Shown piece by piece: positions 49,535 through 63,675 of a stretch of 64,000 bases of DNA. Source of the DNA: Phoronis australis (Eukaryota; Animalia; Phoronida); contig NMRA01000329.1 in NCBI GenBank assembly GCA_002633005.1, positions 417,894-481,893 of the forward strand, read 5' to 3'. The position numbers and the translations under genes are program-made. Position 1 is the stretch's first letter. Every line of letters starts with the position of its first letter. The notes below the pieces were generated by a model, which worked only from the letters and a program-made list of their open reading frames with translations, did not search any database and was not told the origin of the DNA.

Positions 49535-52500
49535 TTTTACACTCATATTTCTGTACCATTATCAGTCATAATAAATGACCTTTAATTCGCCTATATACAG
49601 TCTCCTTTTTATCTCTGGAAACGGAGCTTGCGATGCGCCTATCATTTTCGGGACATACTTCGAACACAAATGGTATTTAACGTGCTAAATATATTTACTT
49701 CAGAATATGTACTCGTCTCACTTATACCCCCTTTTTCCTTCCTTCGGTCTGGTCCATTAATCGTTTGTGTAGATTCGCATGCGGTGCCACGAGTTCGATC
49801 AGCTCCCGACTGTTATAGGCTGATGATTATTACGTGTCTCAGGGATAACCTTTGTTCTCAGTAACTATATGTTTTCTGTTATTCCTTTGCTACAGCAACA
49901 CTTACATCTGAGTTTAATCTCTCTTCACTTTTTCCCACCCTCTCCCACCCTATCTTTTTAGTGGTTCCTCTTACCTGAGTGCTGCACTTTTTATTGCACA
50001 TCTTTCCAGAGAATACTATTTTATGTTTACTTATTATTTTACACTCATATTTCTGTACTGTTACCAGTCATCGTTATTTCGCCTCTATACGGTCTCCATG
50101 TTATCTCTGGAAACGGAGCTTATGATGCACCTGTCATTTTCGGGACATACTCGAACACAAAAAGTATTTCACTCGTTAAATATATTTATTTCAGAATATG
50201 GACTCGTCTCACTTATACCCCTTTTTTCCTTCTTTCAGTCTGGTCCATTAATCGTTTGTGTAGATTCGCATGCGGTCCTTTTGTACATATAACGCACTAG
50301 TACATTTCATTTCCAGCCTCACTTAATTGGTTCGTTTCTGTCGTGTGCCACGAGTTCGATCAGCTCCAGACTCTTATAGGCTGATGATTATCACGTGTAT
50401 CAGGGTTAACCTTTGTTCTCCGTAACAATATGTTTTCTGTTATTCCTTTGCTTCAGCAACACTTACATCTGAGTTTAATCTCTCTTCACTTTTTCCCACC
50501 CTCTCCCACCCTATCTTTTTAATGGGTCCTCTTACCGGCGGGCTGCACTTTTTATTGCACATCTTTCCAGAGATTATTATTTCATGTTTACTTATTATTT
50601 TACACTCATATTTCTGTACTGTTACCAGTCATCGTTATTTCGCCACTATACGGTCTCCATGTTATCTCTGGAAACGGAGCTTACGATGCACCTGTCATTT
50701 TCGGGACATACTCGAACACAAAAGGTATTTCACTCGTTAAATATATTTATTTCAGAATATTTTATGTTTACTTATTATTTTACACTCATATTTCTGTACT
50801 GTTACCAGTCATCGTTATTTCGCCTCTATACGGTCTGCATGTTATCTCTGGAAACGGAGCTTGCGATGCACCTGTCATTTTCGGGACATACTCGAACACA
50901 AAAGGTATTTCACTCGTTAAATATATTTATTTCAGAATATGGACTCGTCTCACTTATACCAATTTTTTCCTTATTTCAGTCTGGTCCATTAATCGTTTGT
51001 GTAGAGTCGCATGCGGTCCTTTTGTACATATAACGCACTAGTACATTTCATTTCCAGCCTCACTTAATTGGTTCGTTTGGTCAGCTCCCGACTGTTATAG
51101 GCTGATGATTATCACGTGTCTCAAGGTTAAACTTTGTTCTCAGTAACTCTATGTTTTCTGTTATTCCTTTGCTTCAGCAACACTTACGTTTGAGTTTAAT
51201 CTCTCTTTACTTTTTCCCACCCTCTCCCACCCTATCTTTTTAGTAATGTACCACACGTAGGGCACCATCCTGGAAGAAACCTGAAACAATAATTAATGAT
51301 TGCCATTGAACAGCACTTAAGTAATGTACAACTACTCAAGGTGTTCAGGGATACCAATCCTTAGTTTCAGGCATTCACTCTAGTGGAGAATGGGACTGCA
51401 GGTGGCTCTGTCCTACCATGAACAACCTGACGTCCAGCATCAGTGCCAATGATTGACATGTTTCGATGGGCAAGGTAATATGAGTGTGCATGGGCATGTT
51501 TAGGATGAGTATGACAATGTGCTGAGGACGGTGACGGCAAATGTAAGTGTGTGCATAATGATTTTCATGTACGAAGCATGTCCCGAAACTGATAGGTATG
51601 TCGCAAGCTCAGTTTCCAAAGAAGGAAAGGTGCATAGGAGAAACAAAGGTCATTTATTATGCGTGATAATGATATAGAAATATGAGTGTTAAATAATAAG
51701 TAAACGTAAAATAATAATCTCTGGAAAGATAAGCAATGAAAAGCGTAGTACTTAGGTAAGAGGAACCACCAGAAAAGGTACGTGGTAATGAGTGGGGAAA
51801 AATGAAGAAAGATTTTACTCAAACGTACGAGCTGCTAAAGCAAGGAATGACAGGAAACATGATTACTGAGAACAAAGGTTAATCCTGAGACACGTGATGA
51901 TCATCAGTCAATAGGAGCCAGGAGCAGCTGACCAAGGCAAATAACAGAAACGAACCAATAATGAGACTGGTAATAAAGTGTCCTAGTGCGTCGTGTGCAA
52001 ATCTATTCAAAGGATTAGTGGATGAGTCCGAGTGAAGAAAAAATGGTGGTATAAGGAAGACGAGTCCGTATTCTCACATAAATATATTTAATGAGTGAAA
52101 TACCATTTATGTTCGAAGTATAATCGAAAAATGATATGTGCGTCCCAAGCTCCGTTTCCAGAGATAAAAAGGTGCGTCCCAAGCTCCGTTTCCAGAGATA
52201 AAAAAGTGCGTCCCAAGCTCCGTTTCCAGAAATAAAGANCAGTGCCTATGATTGACATTTATCGATGGGCAAGGTAATATGAGTGTGCATGAGCATGTTT
52301 AGGATGAGTGTGACAACGTGTGAGGGCGGCAAAGGCAAATGTAAGTGTGTGCATAATGATTTTCATGTACGAAGCATGTCCCGAAACTGATAGGTATGTC
52401 GCAAGCTCCGTTTCCAAATAAGGAAAGGTGTATAGGAGAAACAAAGGTCATTTATTATGCGTGATAATGATAGAGAAATATGAGTGTTAAATAATAAGTA

Positions 52501-53090
52501 AACATAAAATAATTATCTCTGGAAAGATAAGCAATAAAAAGCGTAGCACTCAGGTAAGAGGAACCACCTGAAAAGGAGCGTGGTAGTGAGTGGGGAAAAA
52601 TGAAGAAAGATTTTACTCGAACGTAAGAGCTGCTAAAGCAAGGAATGACAGGAAACATGATTACTGAGAACAAAGGTTAACCCTGAGACACGTGATAATC
52701 ATCAGTCAATAGGAGCAGCTGACCAAGGCAAATAACAGAAACGAACCAATAGTGAGACTGGTCCGAATGAAGAAAAAATGGCAGTATAAGCAAGACAAGT
52801 CCATATTCTCACATAAATATATTCAGTGAGTGAAATACCATTTATGTTCGAAGTATAATCCAAAAATGATACGTGCGTCTCAAGGTCCGTTTCCAGAGAT
52901 AAAAAGGTGCGTCCCAAGCTCCGTTTCTAGAGATAAAAAGGAGAGGTANAAAAGTGCGTCCCAAGCTCCGTTTCCAGAGATAAAAAAGTGCGTCCCAAGC
53001 TCCGTTTCCAGAAATAAAAAGGAGAGGTATATAAGAGAAACAAAGGTAACTTATTATGAGTGATAAGGGTACAGAAATATGAGTGTTATA
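49535..53090. mobile_element. Foldback-like structure: two internally repetitive arms in inverted orientation
   Basis: Left arm (~49535-51245) repeats ACACTCATATTTCTGTAC..TCTCTGGAAACGGAGCTT; right arm (~51440-53090) carries the reverse complement; 34-bp subrepeat runs at about 52137-52238 and 52873-53020. Confidence 0.7.
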
Positions 53091-53399
53091 TTTTTTGCAT
53101 GAGGCTGGGGGTAATTGGGATGTTGAGCAGTAAAGTGTGAACTATGAGGAGAGTGTCATTCACGTGTCCCTAGTTTAGTAAACAACTACAATAACTCGCG
53201 TGAAAAGGGTAAAACTTTCATGTCGAGTTTTTCATTGAAGGATGTCAATCAAGTAAAACGAGTAAAGTCTTCCACCCATGTTGAGTTTTATTCACAGAGG
53301 ATATTATTCAAGAAGAGATTGTCGCCATTGCTCCTAATCTGAAGAATTAGTGGGGCATTAAATTCAGGCATGCTAACTGGGTTTGATCTTGCCTGGTGG

Positions 53400-56300
53400 G
53401 CTGATGACAATTCTTTCATTCGTTAATGAATTTGTAACATGTGACGAATTAATGGTGCAATGGTATGAAAGTGACGAATCTGTGAAATACTATAACTAAG
53501 TGAAACCATTGAGTGACAAAGGTAAATGCGAAACATAAAAGAACTGAAAACATGAAAATAAATGAACCAATAAAACAAGAGTTAAGGACAAAAAACGTGC
53601 CAAATGGTATAAATCAAATAAAACTATGAAATGTATAAAATTCATGGACTAATGTACACAGAAACTTCAACGAATACGTGAAACATCACAAGGCCTATAG
53701 GGTGTGACGAAGCAAAATAAATTTGAAAAATGAGAGGGTAACACATAAAGACATGTGCATGCTGGTATAAACCAATTGAAAAAAGCATGAACCCTTAAAA
53801 TGTTACATCTAAACTGGTTGAGTGTGACGAATAAAATGGGAGAAGTAATTGAATCCACAGAATTTGAGATTTTATGAATGAACGAACCATCAATTGTTCA
53901 CGTATCGTCTGTCCAACCAACAAGGATTATTCAACGTGGAGATTCGCAACCTTCTGCACTGTGCCCGCTCTTACATAAATGCCTAATATCATGTAATAAT
54001 CGAGACATGAGGGCATCAGAGGAATACAGGATCCGTGTTCAGAAGTGTCATGTATATGCATCGAGTGAATGAAACTAAAATTTCACGAATTCATGAATCT
54101 CCAAAATGAGCTGAATGAACAATTATCTATACAGTAATCAATACCCATCATTCAGTTGTGGTAATTTGATGAGACAAGTAGAGCTTATATTTCATGCTAC
54201 ATCAAATGGTGGCTCCTTTCTTCAGATACTGTCAAATTACAGAGTTTATTGTTGTCACAAACAAGTAATATTGTGTGTTGCATGTGTGAGATAAACAGCT
54301 TGTGCTTCTTTGTTGAACTGTGCCAGAAAAAATTGTATAATAAGCTGGTGCAACAAAATAGGGACTTTAGCACTACTTGTCAGAGTTATCTTAATACGTC
54401 CAAAGAATGTAGTGAATTTTGAGCGAAGTAATGCATTATGAACTGCACCAAGTTAATGGAGTCACGTCACATGAAATAGTTGAATGAATCTGTAGAATGT
54501 CATCAAATAAGCAGAAGAATAAATTACCCATAAAATACTAAACATAAGTCAACTCATGAAATTTTAATGAATATGCATTTGATCGATAAAGAAGCATTGA
54601 TTTCGAGTGGTAAAGAATCCATGAGATACAGCGAATGAATGGAGTATTGAAAAACGACAAGTGAATGAAACTGAAATTCCATGAATTACCGAGTCTTTAA
54701 GTGCAGTAACAAATTAATCCCTGTGTAAAATGTACCTTTCAAAGGACTTATATAATGATGAAAGTGGAAGCTGAGAATGTTATAGGTGCAGCCATGAAAT
54801 GTGATCAATTGAAACCATTGAAATGAGGAATAATTGCTTTAAGCAAACCAAGGACTTAAGGATTCGTTGACGAGAGCATTAATGGTACAACAATGTTCCC
54901 CGAATTAAAAATCCCCTAAAAATATTACAATCAACAAAGCTGGTGTAGCAAATGACAGAACGTATACATTTGAGGAAGCAAAATAGTAAATATCAGTGAA
55001 CCTAAAAACTGCAGTAAACAGTGGACCCATGAAATACGAGTTAATAGAAAAGCAGTATGTGAGGTTAACAAAGTCCAAGTGTGGTACTCGTTCGAAAAAC
55101 ATCACAAATACCAAAGGTAAATGGAGTTCAGTTGTAAATTCTGAAAATTGAATGAGCCCATTAACAAGGCTAAATGTAGCCAAAAATATGTAGCTTGAGC
55201 ATCTCAAAGGGGTGACTTGACTTGTGTACACCATTGGTTATCAGAATCTATGGAAATTTGAATGCTAAAATGCATCATATATTGAAGAAATAGTGCATCA
55301 AATTAATGGAGTCCCATATAGCAATAATATCTGGAGAAATGACATATCTCCAAATTATCACAAATCAACAATAAAATGCTACAAACAAGTTAAAAGTAAA
55401 ATGCAAAAACCAAAGGCCGTATGAAGTATCATGAGCTAATGTCAGGGTAATCAAAGCCCTACAGTGCTGCTAGTCAATCGCGTCCCCCATACGCAAAGGT
55501 TAATGGAAATAATACCAGGGAAAACTGACAGTACCCATCAACTGCAAGGAGATATTGAATTCTGGAGAGAACAAATTCATCAAAAGTTATGTATAAATAG
55601 AGCTGGAATATGTTAAACAGAAAGGAAATGTACAAAGGGTTAAAAAATTGAAATAAAAACTGTATGAAATAAACAGAGGTGTAAAGATTTGCTAAACAAG
55701 TGAAAAAGGAAGGTAGGGGTGGTGAATGAGCAGGAGACAACAAATTCTATAGGTGGCTGACTTTGAATTCAGCCAAAGAGAACATGTTTATCAAACATGG
55801 CTATAAAAATTATAAGATTTCTTTACAACTATTGTATTCTCAAAAGTAACCAGTACCCAGCTCTTGCTAAATCTAAAGTTCATTCACCATCCTGAGGCAA
55901 AGGGTAATGCAGCATTTTTTCTTTTTTAATGCTCATCATTCACTAAAGGGAGAAGTGACCTGCTAGAATTTATTTGGGTTTACAATTAATTTATGCTGCG
56001 CCAAGTGGTGGTTCCTTTTTCACAAATTCTAAAATTATGGAAGTCATTGTTATCACTGACAATTAACATTGTCTCCAATATGTGAGGAAAGCAACTTTTT
56101 TGTTGAATTGTGCCAAACACCATTGATTGAACAACAAAATGGGTGACTTGATTTGTGTACCCCACTGCTTACAAGAGCGATTTTAATACCCCCAAAGATC
56201 GCAGTGAAATTAAAATAGAGTAAATTATCACAAATTGAACAAATAACTGCATGGAATTAGTGGAGTCCTGTCAAATGGGACAATAGAATGAGTCTGTAGA

Positions 56301-59300
56301 ATGTCATTCAATGAACATCAAAATAAAACACCGGTAAAGTACTAATTAGTGAATTCTCGAACATTGATGGATTGATGATCTTTCATGCAATGAAGTGGTT
56401 AGAAAACTCATGAAATGCATTGCATGAATTTGGTTTTAAAGTACGGAAATCAATGAAATTGTAAAATTCAATCAATTCATGAATCGTCAAGTGCAGTAAC
56501 AAAGTGATCCTGTGTAAAATGTACAAAGCAAAGGATTGATATAATGATGAAAGTGAAAGCTGAGAATGTTATAGCTGGAGCCGTGAAATGCGATGAATTG
56601 AAACAATTAAAATGAGGAATAATTGCTTTAAGCAAACCAAGGAATTCAGGATTCGTTGAAGAGAACATTAATGGTACAACAATGTTCCCAGAATTGAAAA
56701 TCCCCTAAAAATATTACAATCACCAAGCTCGTGTAGCATAATGACAGAACGTATACATTGTGAGGAAGCAAAATGGTAAATATCAGTGAACCTAAAAACT
56801 GCAGTAAACAGTGGACCCATGAAATACGAGTTAATACAAAAGCAATATGTGAGGTTAACAAAGTCCAAGTGTGGTACTCGTTCAAGAAACATCACAAATA
56901 CCAAAGGTAAATGGAGATCATGTGTAAACTTTGAAAATTGAATGAGCCCATTAAAAAGGCTAAATGCAGCAAAAGATAGCTTGAGCATCTCAAAGGGGTG
57001 ACTTGACTTGTGTACACCATTGGTTATGTATGGAAATTTGAATGCTAGAATGCATCATATATTGAAGAAATAGTGAATCAAATTAATGGAGTCCCATATA
57101 GCAATAACATCTGGATAAATGACGTATCTCAAAATCATCACAAATCAGTGAAAAGTTATGTTTTTATGCAGCTGGAATATGTTAACCAGAAAGGAAATGT
57201 ACAAAGGGTTAGAAAATTGAAATAAAAATGTATGAAATAAACAGAGGTGTAAAGATTTTCTAAACAAGTGAAAAAGGAAGGTAGGGGTGGTGAATAAGCA
57301 GGAGACAACAAATTCTATAGGTGGCTGACTTTGAATTCAGCCAAAGGGAACATGTTTATCAAACATGGCTATCAAAGCTGTTGTATTCTTAAAAGTAACC
57401 CAGGTCTTGCTAAATCTAAAGTTCATTCACCATCCTGAGGCAAAGGGTAATGCAGCATTTTTTTTAATGCTCATCATTCGCTACAGGGAGAAGTGGCCTG
57501 TTAGAATTTACTTCGGTTTACAATTAATTTAAGCTGGCACAACAAGTGGTGGTTCCTTTTTCACAAATTCTAAAATTATGTAATTCATTGTTATCACTGA
57601 CAATTAACATTGTGTCTACAGTATTTGAGGAAAGCAACTTGTTTTTTGTTGAATTGTGCCAAACACCATTGATTGAACAACAAAATGGGTGACTTGATTT
57701 GTGTACCGCAGTGCTCTTAAGAGTGATTTTAATGCCCCCAAAGATGCAGTGAAATTAGAATTGAGTAATTTATCACAAATTGAACAAATAAGTACATGGA
57801 ATTTGTGGAGTCCTGTCAAATGGGACAATAGAATGAGTCTGTAGAATATCATTCAATGAACATCAAAATAAAAGACTGGTAAAATACTAACTGTTACGGG
57901 GAGATTTTATGTAGGATGAACATGTCATTTATTTATCATTAAAGTATGATACAAACACATTAGAACTTAGGTTGACTATGTACATGAGAATAATATTAGA
58001 AGTATAAGTATTAATTAAGTATATAGTGGTTGTTGTGTATTAATTAAGGGTATTAGTTGTTTGCTGAAATTTATTGCCTCCTATGAGTGCATAGGAAATG
58101 AATCAGCATATTTGTCTCTAACCATGTGTTTATGCTCTGCTAGCAGAATTATGTAACTTTAAATTCACCGGAATTGGTCAACTGTGGGGTTAGCCAGTTC
58201 TGACAACAACAATAGTCTTGTTATTATTCAGCAAAAATTACTTAAAGATTTGTCTGTCCGTGAGCATATTTGGCGAAAGCTTAGGTTCATATGTGGAATC
58301 TTATGATGTTGTTCTTGGAAGTTGTTTTGGAACTATGAGTACATTTGGAGGAAGGTGGTGGGTTTTATGTTTTGATCTAACCCGCCCACCTTTATTCTGT
58401 TTGAGTATAAGTATACCGTTAGCTTTTCAAGAAGAAATATTTCCAACGAGAGGCAACCAGATTGGTATAGAGGTATTAGATATTTCTTGGAGAGAGGCAA
58501 CCAGCTTGCTAGAGAGATATCACAGATATTCTTGAAGAGATGCTACTGGTTTGCTGAGAAATATCACAAGCTGTAGAAATTCGATGGACTGAATTTCAAT
58601 CCGATACGTGTAGCAGAAATTCGATGGACTGAATTTCAAAGAGGGTACATTGTATCTAGAATTCAATGGACTGAATTCATGTTAACATATATGTTGTTCG
58701 ACGGACTGAACTTCATGATTATTCCGAAGCATTTCATCAAGTGAAGACTGCTTGGAAGACTGGATCAAGAGAAGAGGAAACTCCTCATAACAAGTATAAC
58801 ACTGGATCCAAGGCCGACGCCAGGAATGGGAAACATGATCACAGACTGATTAAATTAGGCTTCTTTATTAATCTTTATGATTATTCATTTAGGGAAATTC
58901 AAACATTTAGTCAATATACTCATTATTACATCCAAATCAAATTGTGTAATTTCAACCGCCTACCGGCAAGATATACGCCACATGACACTAACAATAAGTG
59001 AATACTCGAAGTTTGATGGATTGATGATCTTTCATGCAATGAAGTGGTTAGAAAACTCATGAAATGAATCACATCAATTTGGTTTTAAAGTACATGTACA
59101 AAAAATAAATGAAATTGTGAAATTGAATGAATTAATGAATCTTCAAGTGCAGTAACAAATTGATCCCTGTGTAAAATGTACCTATCAAAGGATTTTTATA
59201 ATGATGAAAGTGGAAGCTGAGAATGTTATAGCTGGAGCCATGAAATGCAATGAATTGAAAACATTAAAATGGGGAATAATTGCTTTAAGCCAACCAAGGA

Positions 59301-62300
59301 ATTCAGGATTCGTTGAATGGAACATTAATGGTGCAACAGTGTTCCCCGAATTAAAAATCACCTACACATATTGCAGTCAACAAGCTGGTGTACCATAATG
59401 ACAGAACGTATACATTGCGAGGAAGCAAATTGGTAAATATATCAGTGAACCTAAATATTGCAGTAAACAATGGACCCATAAAATACAAGTTAATAGAAAA
59501 GCAGTATGTGAGGTTAACAAAGTCCCAGTGTGGTACTCGTTCAAGTAACATCACAAATACCAAAGGTAAATGGAGATCATGTATAAATTCTGAAAATTGA
59601 ATGAGCCCATAAAAAGGCTAAATGAAGCCAAAAATATGTAGCTTGAGCAACTCAAATGGGTGACTGGACTTGTGTAAACCATTAGTTATCAGAATGACTG
59701 GAAATTTGAATGGTAATATGCATCATGTATTGAAGAAATAGTGCATCAAATTAATGGAGTCCTATATTGCAATAGTATCTGGAGAAATGATGTATCTCCA
59801 AGTTATCAGAAATCAACAATAACATGCTACAAATAAGTTAATCCGTAAAATGCAAAAACCAAAGGCCCTATGAAGTATCATGAGTTAATGTCAGGGTAAT
59901 CAAAGTCCTACAGTGCTGCTAGTCAATCGTGTCCCGCATATGCAAAGGTTAATGAAAATAATATCAGGGAAAACTGACTGTACCCATCAACTGCAAGGAG
60001 ATATTGAATTGTGGAGTGAACAAATTCATGAAAAGTTATGTATTAATAGAGCTTGAATATGTTAACCAGAAAGGAAATGTACAAAGGGTTTGAAAATTGA
60101 AATGTAAAATGCATTAAATATACAGATATGTAAAGATTTGCTAAACGAGTGAAACAGGAAGGTAAGGATGGTGAATGAGCAGGAGACAACAAATGCTATA
60201 GGTGGCTGACTTTGTTTATGAAACATGGCTATCAAAACCATAATATTTCTTTACAACAAAAGTAACTTTCGTACCCAGCTCTTGCTAAATCTAAAGTTCA
60301 TTCACCATCCTGAGGCACAGGGCAATGCAGCATTTTTTCTTTTTTTAATACTCATCATTCACTACAGGGAGAAGTGACCTGCTAGAATTTACTTGAGTTT
60401 ACAATTAATTTAAGCTGCACCAAGTGGTGGTTCCTTTTTCACAAATTCTAAAATTGTGGAATTCATTGTTATCACTGACAATTAACGTTGTGTCTCCAAT
60501 ATGTGAGGAAAGCAACTTGTTTTTTGTTGAATTGTGCCAAACACCATTGATTGAACAACAAAGTGGGTAACTTGATTTGTGTACCCCACTACTTTGAAAG
60601 TGATTTTAATACCCCCCGAAAGATTGCAGTGAAATTAGAATGAAGTAATTTATCACAAATTGAACAAATAAGTGCATGGAATTAGTGGAGTCCTATCAAA
60701 TGGGACAATAGAATGAGTCTGTAGAATGTCATTCAATGAACATCAAAATAAAAGACCGGTAAAATACTAATTAGTGAATTCTCGAAGTTTGATGGATTGA
60801 TGATCTTTCATGCAATGAAATGGTTAGAAAACTCATGAAATGCATCACATGAAATTTGGTTTTAAAGTATGGAAATCAATGAAATTGTAAAATTCAATGA
60901 ATTCATGAATCTTCAAGTGCAGTAACAAAGTGATCCTGTGGAAAATGTACAAATCAAAGGATTGATATAATGATGAAAGTGAAAGCTTAGACTGTTATAG
61001 CTGGAGCCATGAAATGCGATGAATTGAAACCATTAAAATGAGGAATAATTGCTTTAAGCAAACCAAGGAATTCAGGATTCGTTGAAGAGAACATTAATGG
61101 TACAACAATGTTCCCCGAATTGAAAATCCCCTAAAGATATTACAATCACCAAGCTCGTGTAGCATAATGACAGAACGTATACATTGCAAGGAAGCAAAAT
61201 TGTAAATATCAGTGAACCTAAAAACTGCAGTAAACAGTGGACCCATGAAATATGAATTAATGGAAATGCAGTATGTGAGGTTAACAAAGTCCAAGTGTGG
61301 CACTTGTTTAAGAAACATCACAAATACCAAAGGTAAATGGAGATCATATGTAAATTCTGAAAATTGAATGAGCCGATTAAAAAGGCTAAATGTAGCCAAA
61401 GATATGTAGCTTGAGCATCTCAAAGGAGTGACTTGACTTGTGTACACCATTGGTTATCAGAATGTATGGAAATTTGAATGCTAAAATGCATCATATTTTG
61501 AAGAAATAGTGCATTAAATTAATGGAGTCCCATATAGCAATGATATCTGGAGAAATCACGTATCTCCAAATTATCACCAATCAACAATAAAATGTAACAA
61601 AGTGATCCCTGTGTAAAATGTATAAATGAAAGGATTGATATAATGATGAAAGTGAAAGCTGAGAATGTTATAGCTATCAAAGGAATCTTTATATAATGTA
61701 ATTGGAAACCGCAAATGTTATGAATTGACAAATTATTGAAAGGTGATGAATTATTCCTCTTGTGAAAACCAATGCATTTTAATTTTAATGCTTAAAAGAA
61801 TTCACGGAACAGAATAAATTAATGGTTCAGTAATGTCTGATGAATTAATAAGCCCTCAAACTCGTAAAGTAAATATTTCCATGGAGTCTAAGGGACCAAA
61901 AGGCGCAAAATTAGTGAACCTATCAAATGCAAAACACTGTATCCATGAAATATTACTTAATCCAAATGTGGTTTAAGAGATCATGTTGTGTGGGCAGCAC
62001 AAAGAAGTGATTTGAGTTGTGTACACCATGGATTATCAGAATGCTCTTCACACCCCCCATACATCATGCATTGAAGAAAACAATTCACCAAATTTCTGAA
62101 GCCCTGTGCAATTTAATGTGCTATGAAATAAACAGAAATAAATAACCTGTAAAATGTGAAAAAGAAATTAACTCCTGGAAGTAGGCGAATTAAAAAATCC
62201 GTAATTCGTATTCCGTCATTGATAAAGAAAATCAGTGGCCACTGAATGAATTTGCAAAATTTGTTTGAATTATTTTGAATAAATGTATCAGCAGTAATCG

Positions 62301-63500
62301 AAGTATCCATGTGCAACTTCAAGGGAATGTAGTTGTTTATTTATGTAATTGGAAGTTTAGAATGTTATAACTGGAGTCATGAAATGTGGTGAATTAACAA
62401 ACCACGTAAAGGTGAAAAATTCTTGGTTCTGTGAAAAGCAACAGTCAGAACAAATTACAGGAAAGTAAAATAATATATGATGAAATAACGAATAAAAAAA
62501 ACAAAAATCAACAATAAAACTGGTGTAGAGTGATAACGAACCTGCAAAATAAACAAAGGCATTGATTGCAAAGAAGAAAAATGCTAAAAACAAATGAGCC
62601 CCTGAAATATTATGAGTTGATGATATGGTTATCACAGTCCTACAGTTTTTTTTCAAGCGGGTCACGCCAGTGCAAGTGGTCAATGAAAAAAAGAATAAGG
62701 ACAATTGATGGAATCCATCAAATGCATTAAAATTATTAAATTCTGAAATTTTCTGGAATCAACAAGTTCATGAGAATATGTTACAGAGCAAGAAATTAAA
62801 ATCGAAAGGGTAATAAAGAAACAGAAATATGGCAATTTGTTTAACAAGTGAAAAAGGAAGATAGGGATGGTGAATAAACAGGGGACAATAAATTGAATAG
62901 CTGGCTGAATTTAATTTCAGCCCAAGTGAACATATTGATAAATGATGGTTACTAAAACCTTAGCCTTCTTTACTATAGTAAAAGTGACAGTCGCAGCTCT
63001 AGCTAAAACTGAAATTCATTCACCATCCTGAGGCATAAGGACAACGCAGCATTTTTTCTTTTTCAATGTTCATCATTGAGCAAAAATGTTCTGCTAGTGT
63101 TTGGTTGGGTTTACGATTTTTGTGCTGCATCTAGTGGTGGTTCCTTTTTCACAAATTGTAAAATTATGGAATTCCACTGAACAATTAGTGAGGAATACGT
63201 GAGGAAAGCAACTTATGCTTCTTCATTGAATTGGACCAAACACCATTGTATAACACGCCGAAACAACAAAATGGCCGACACCTTTCCTTATCAGAATGGA
63301 GTAGTGTATCACGGAATGAACTAAAGAGTGCATTGATTGATGAGTCTTCAGTGCCATTAAATCAATAAAGACCTGTAAAAGACTAGGAATAAGTGAACTC
63401 CAGAAATTTGACGCATTGATGACATGTTATGAATAGTTCAAGAAATCCCCATCATGAGAACAACCAGAAATGCAATAAATAAATGGAGATGTAATGATTG
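53400..63500. repeat. ~1.8-kb macrosatellite, about 5-6 diverged units
   Basis: Anchor GTGCAGTAAC at 54701, 56491, 59147 and 60917; anchor CATTCACCATCCTGAGGC near 55881, 57424, 60299 and 63017; outer units more diverged and edges approximate. Confidence 0.88.
57892..58987. mobile_element. Solo LTR (1096 bp) inserted in the macrosatellite
   Basis: TGTTACGGGG..CCACATGACA termini; exact CTAAC 5-bp TSD; the equivalent site is empty in other units; internal tandem TTCGATGGACTGAA repeats. Confidence 0.85.
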
Positions 63501-63675
63501 TTTGAAATGTGAAGAAAAAATAGTGAATAAATTGAATAACAAGATGGATGATGACAATATCCCATGCAGCCTGAGCAACACTGACAAAGGGGCAACTTGA
63601 TTTAACACCCCCACCAAAGAATGATTAAAGAAAGCTGCATGAAATTAATACAATTGCCATGTATAACAGGAGTTA

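Noticed and set aside
51340-51440. Cadherin-like peptide FTLVENGTAGGSV in the foldback centre (possible captured exon)
   Set aside because: Very short, flanked by stop codons, and unsupported without a search.
49628-51822. Repeated ORFs (MFTYYFTLIFLYC..) suggesting a tandem gene family
   Set aside because: They are translations of the foldback repeat units, with inconsistent frames and no recognisable domain.
54755-54775. ATGATGA..CTGA (box C/D-like) in each macrosatellite unit
   Set aside because: The boxes are only about 9 nt apart, with no terminal stem or guide region, so this is not a credible snoRNA.
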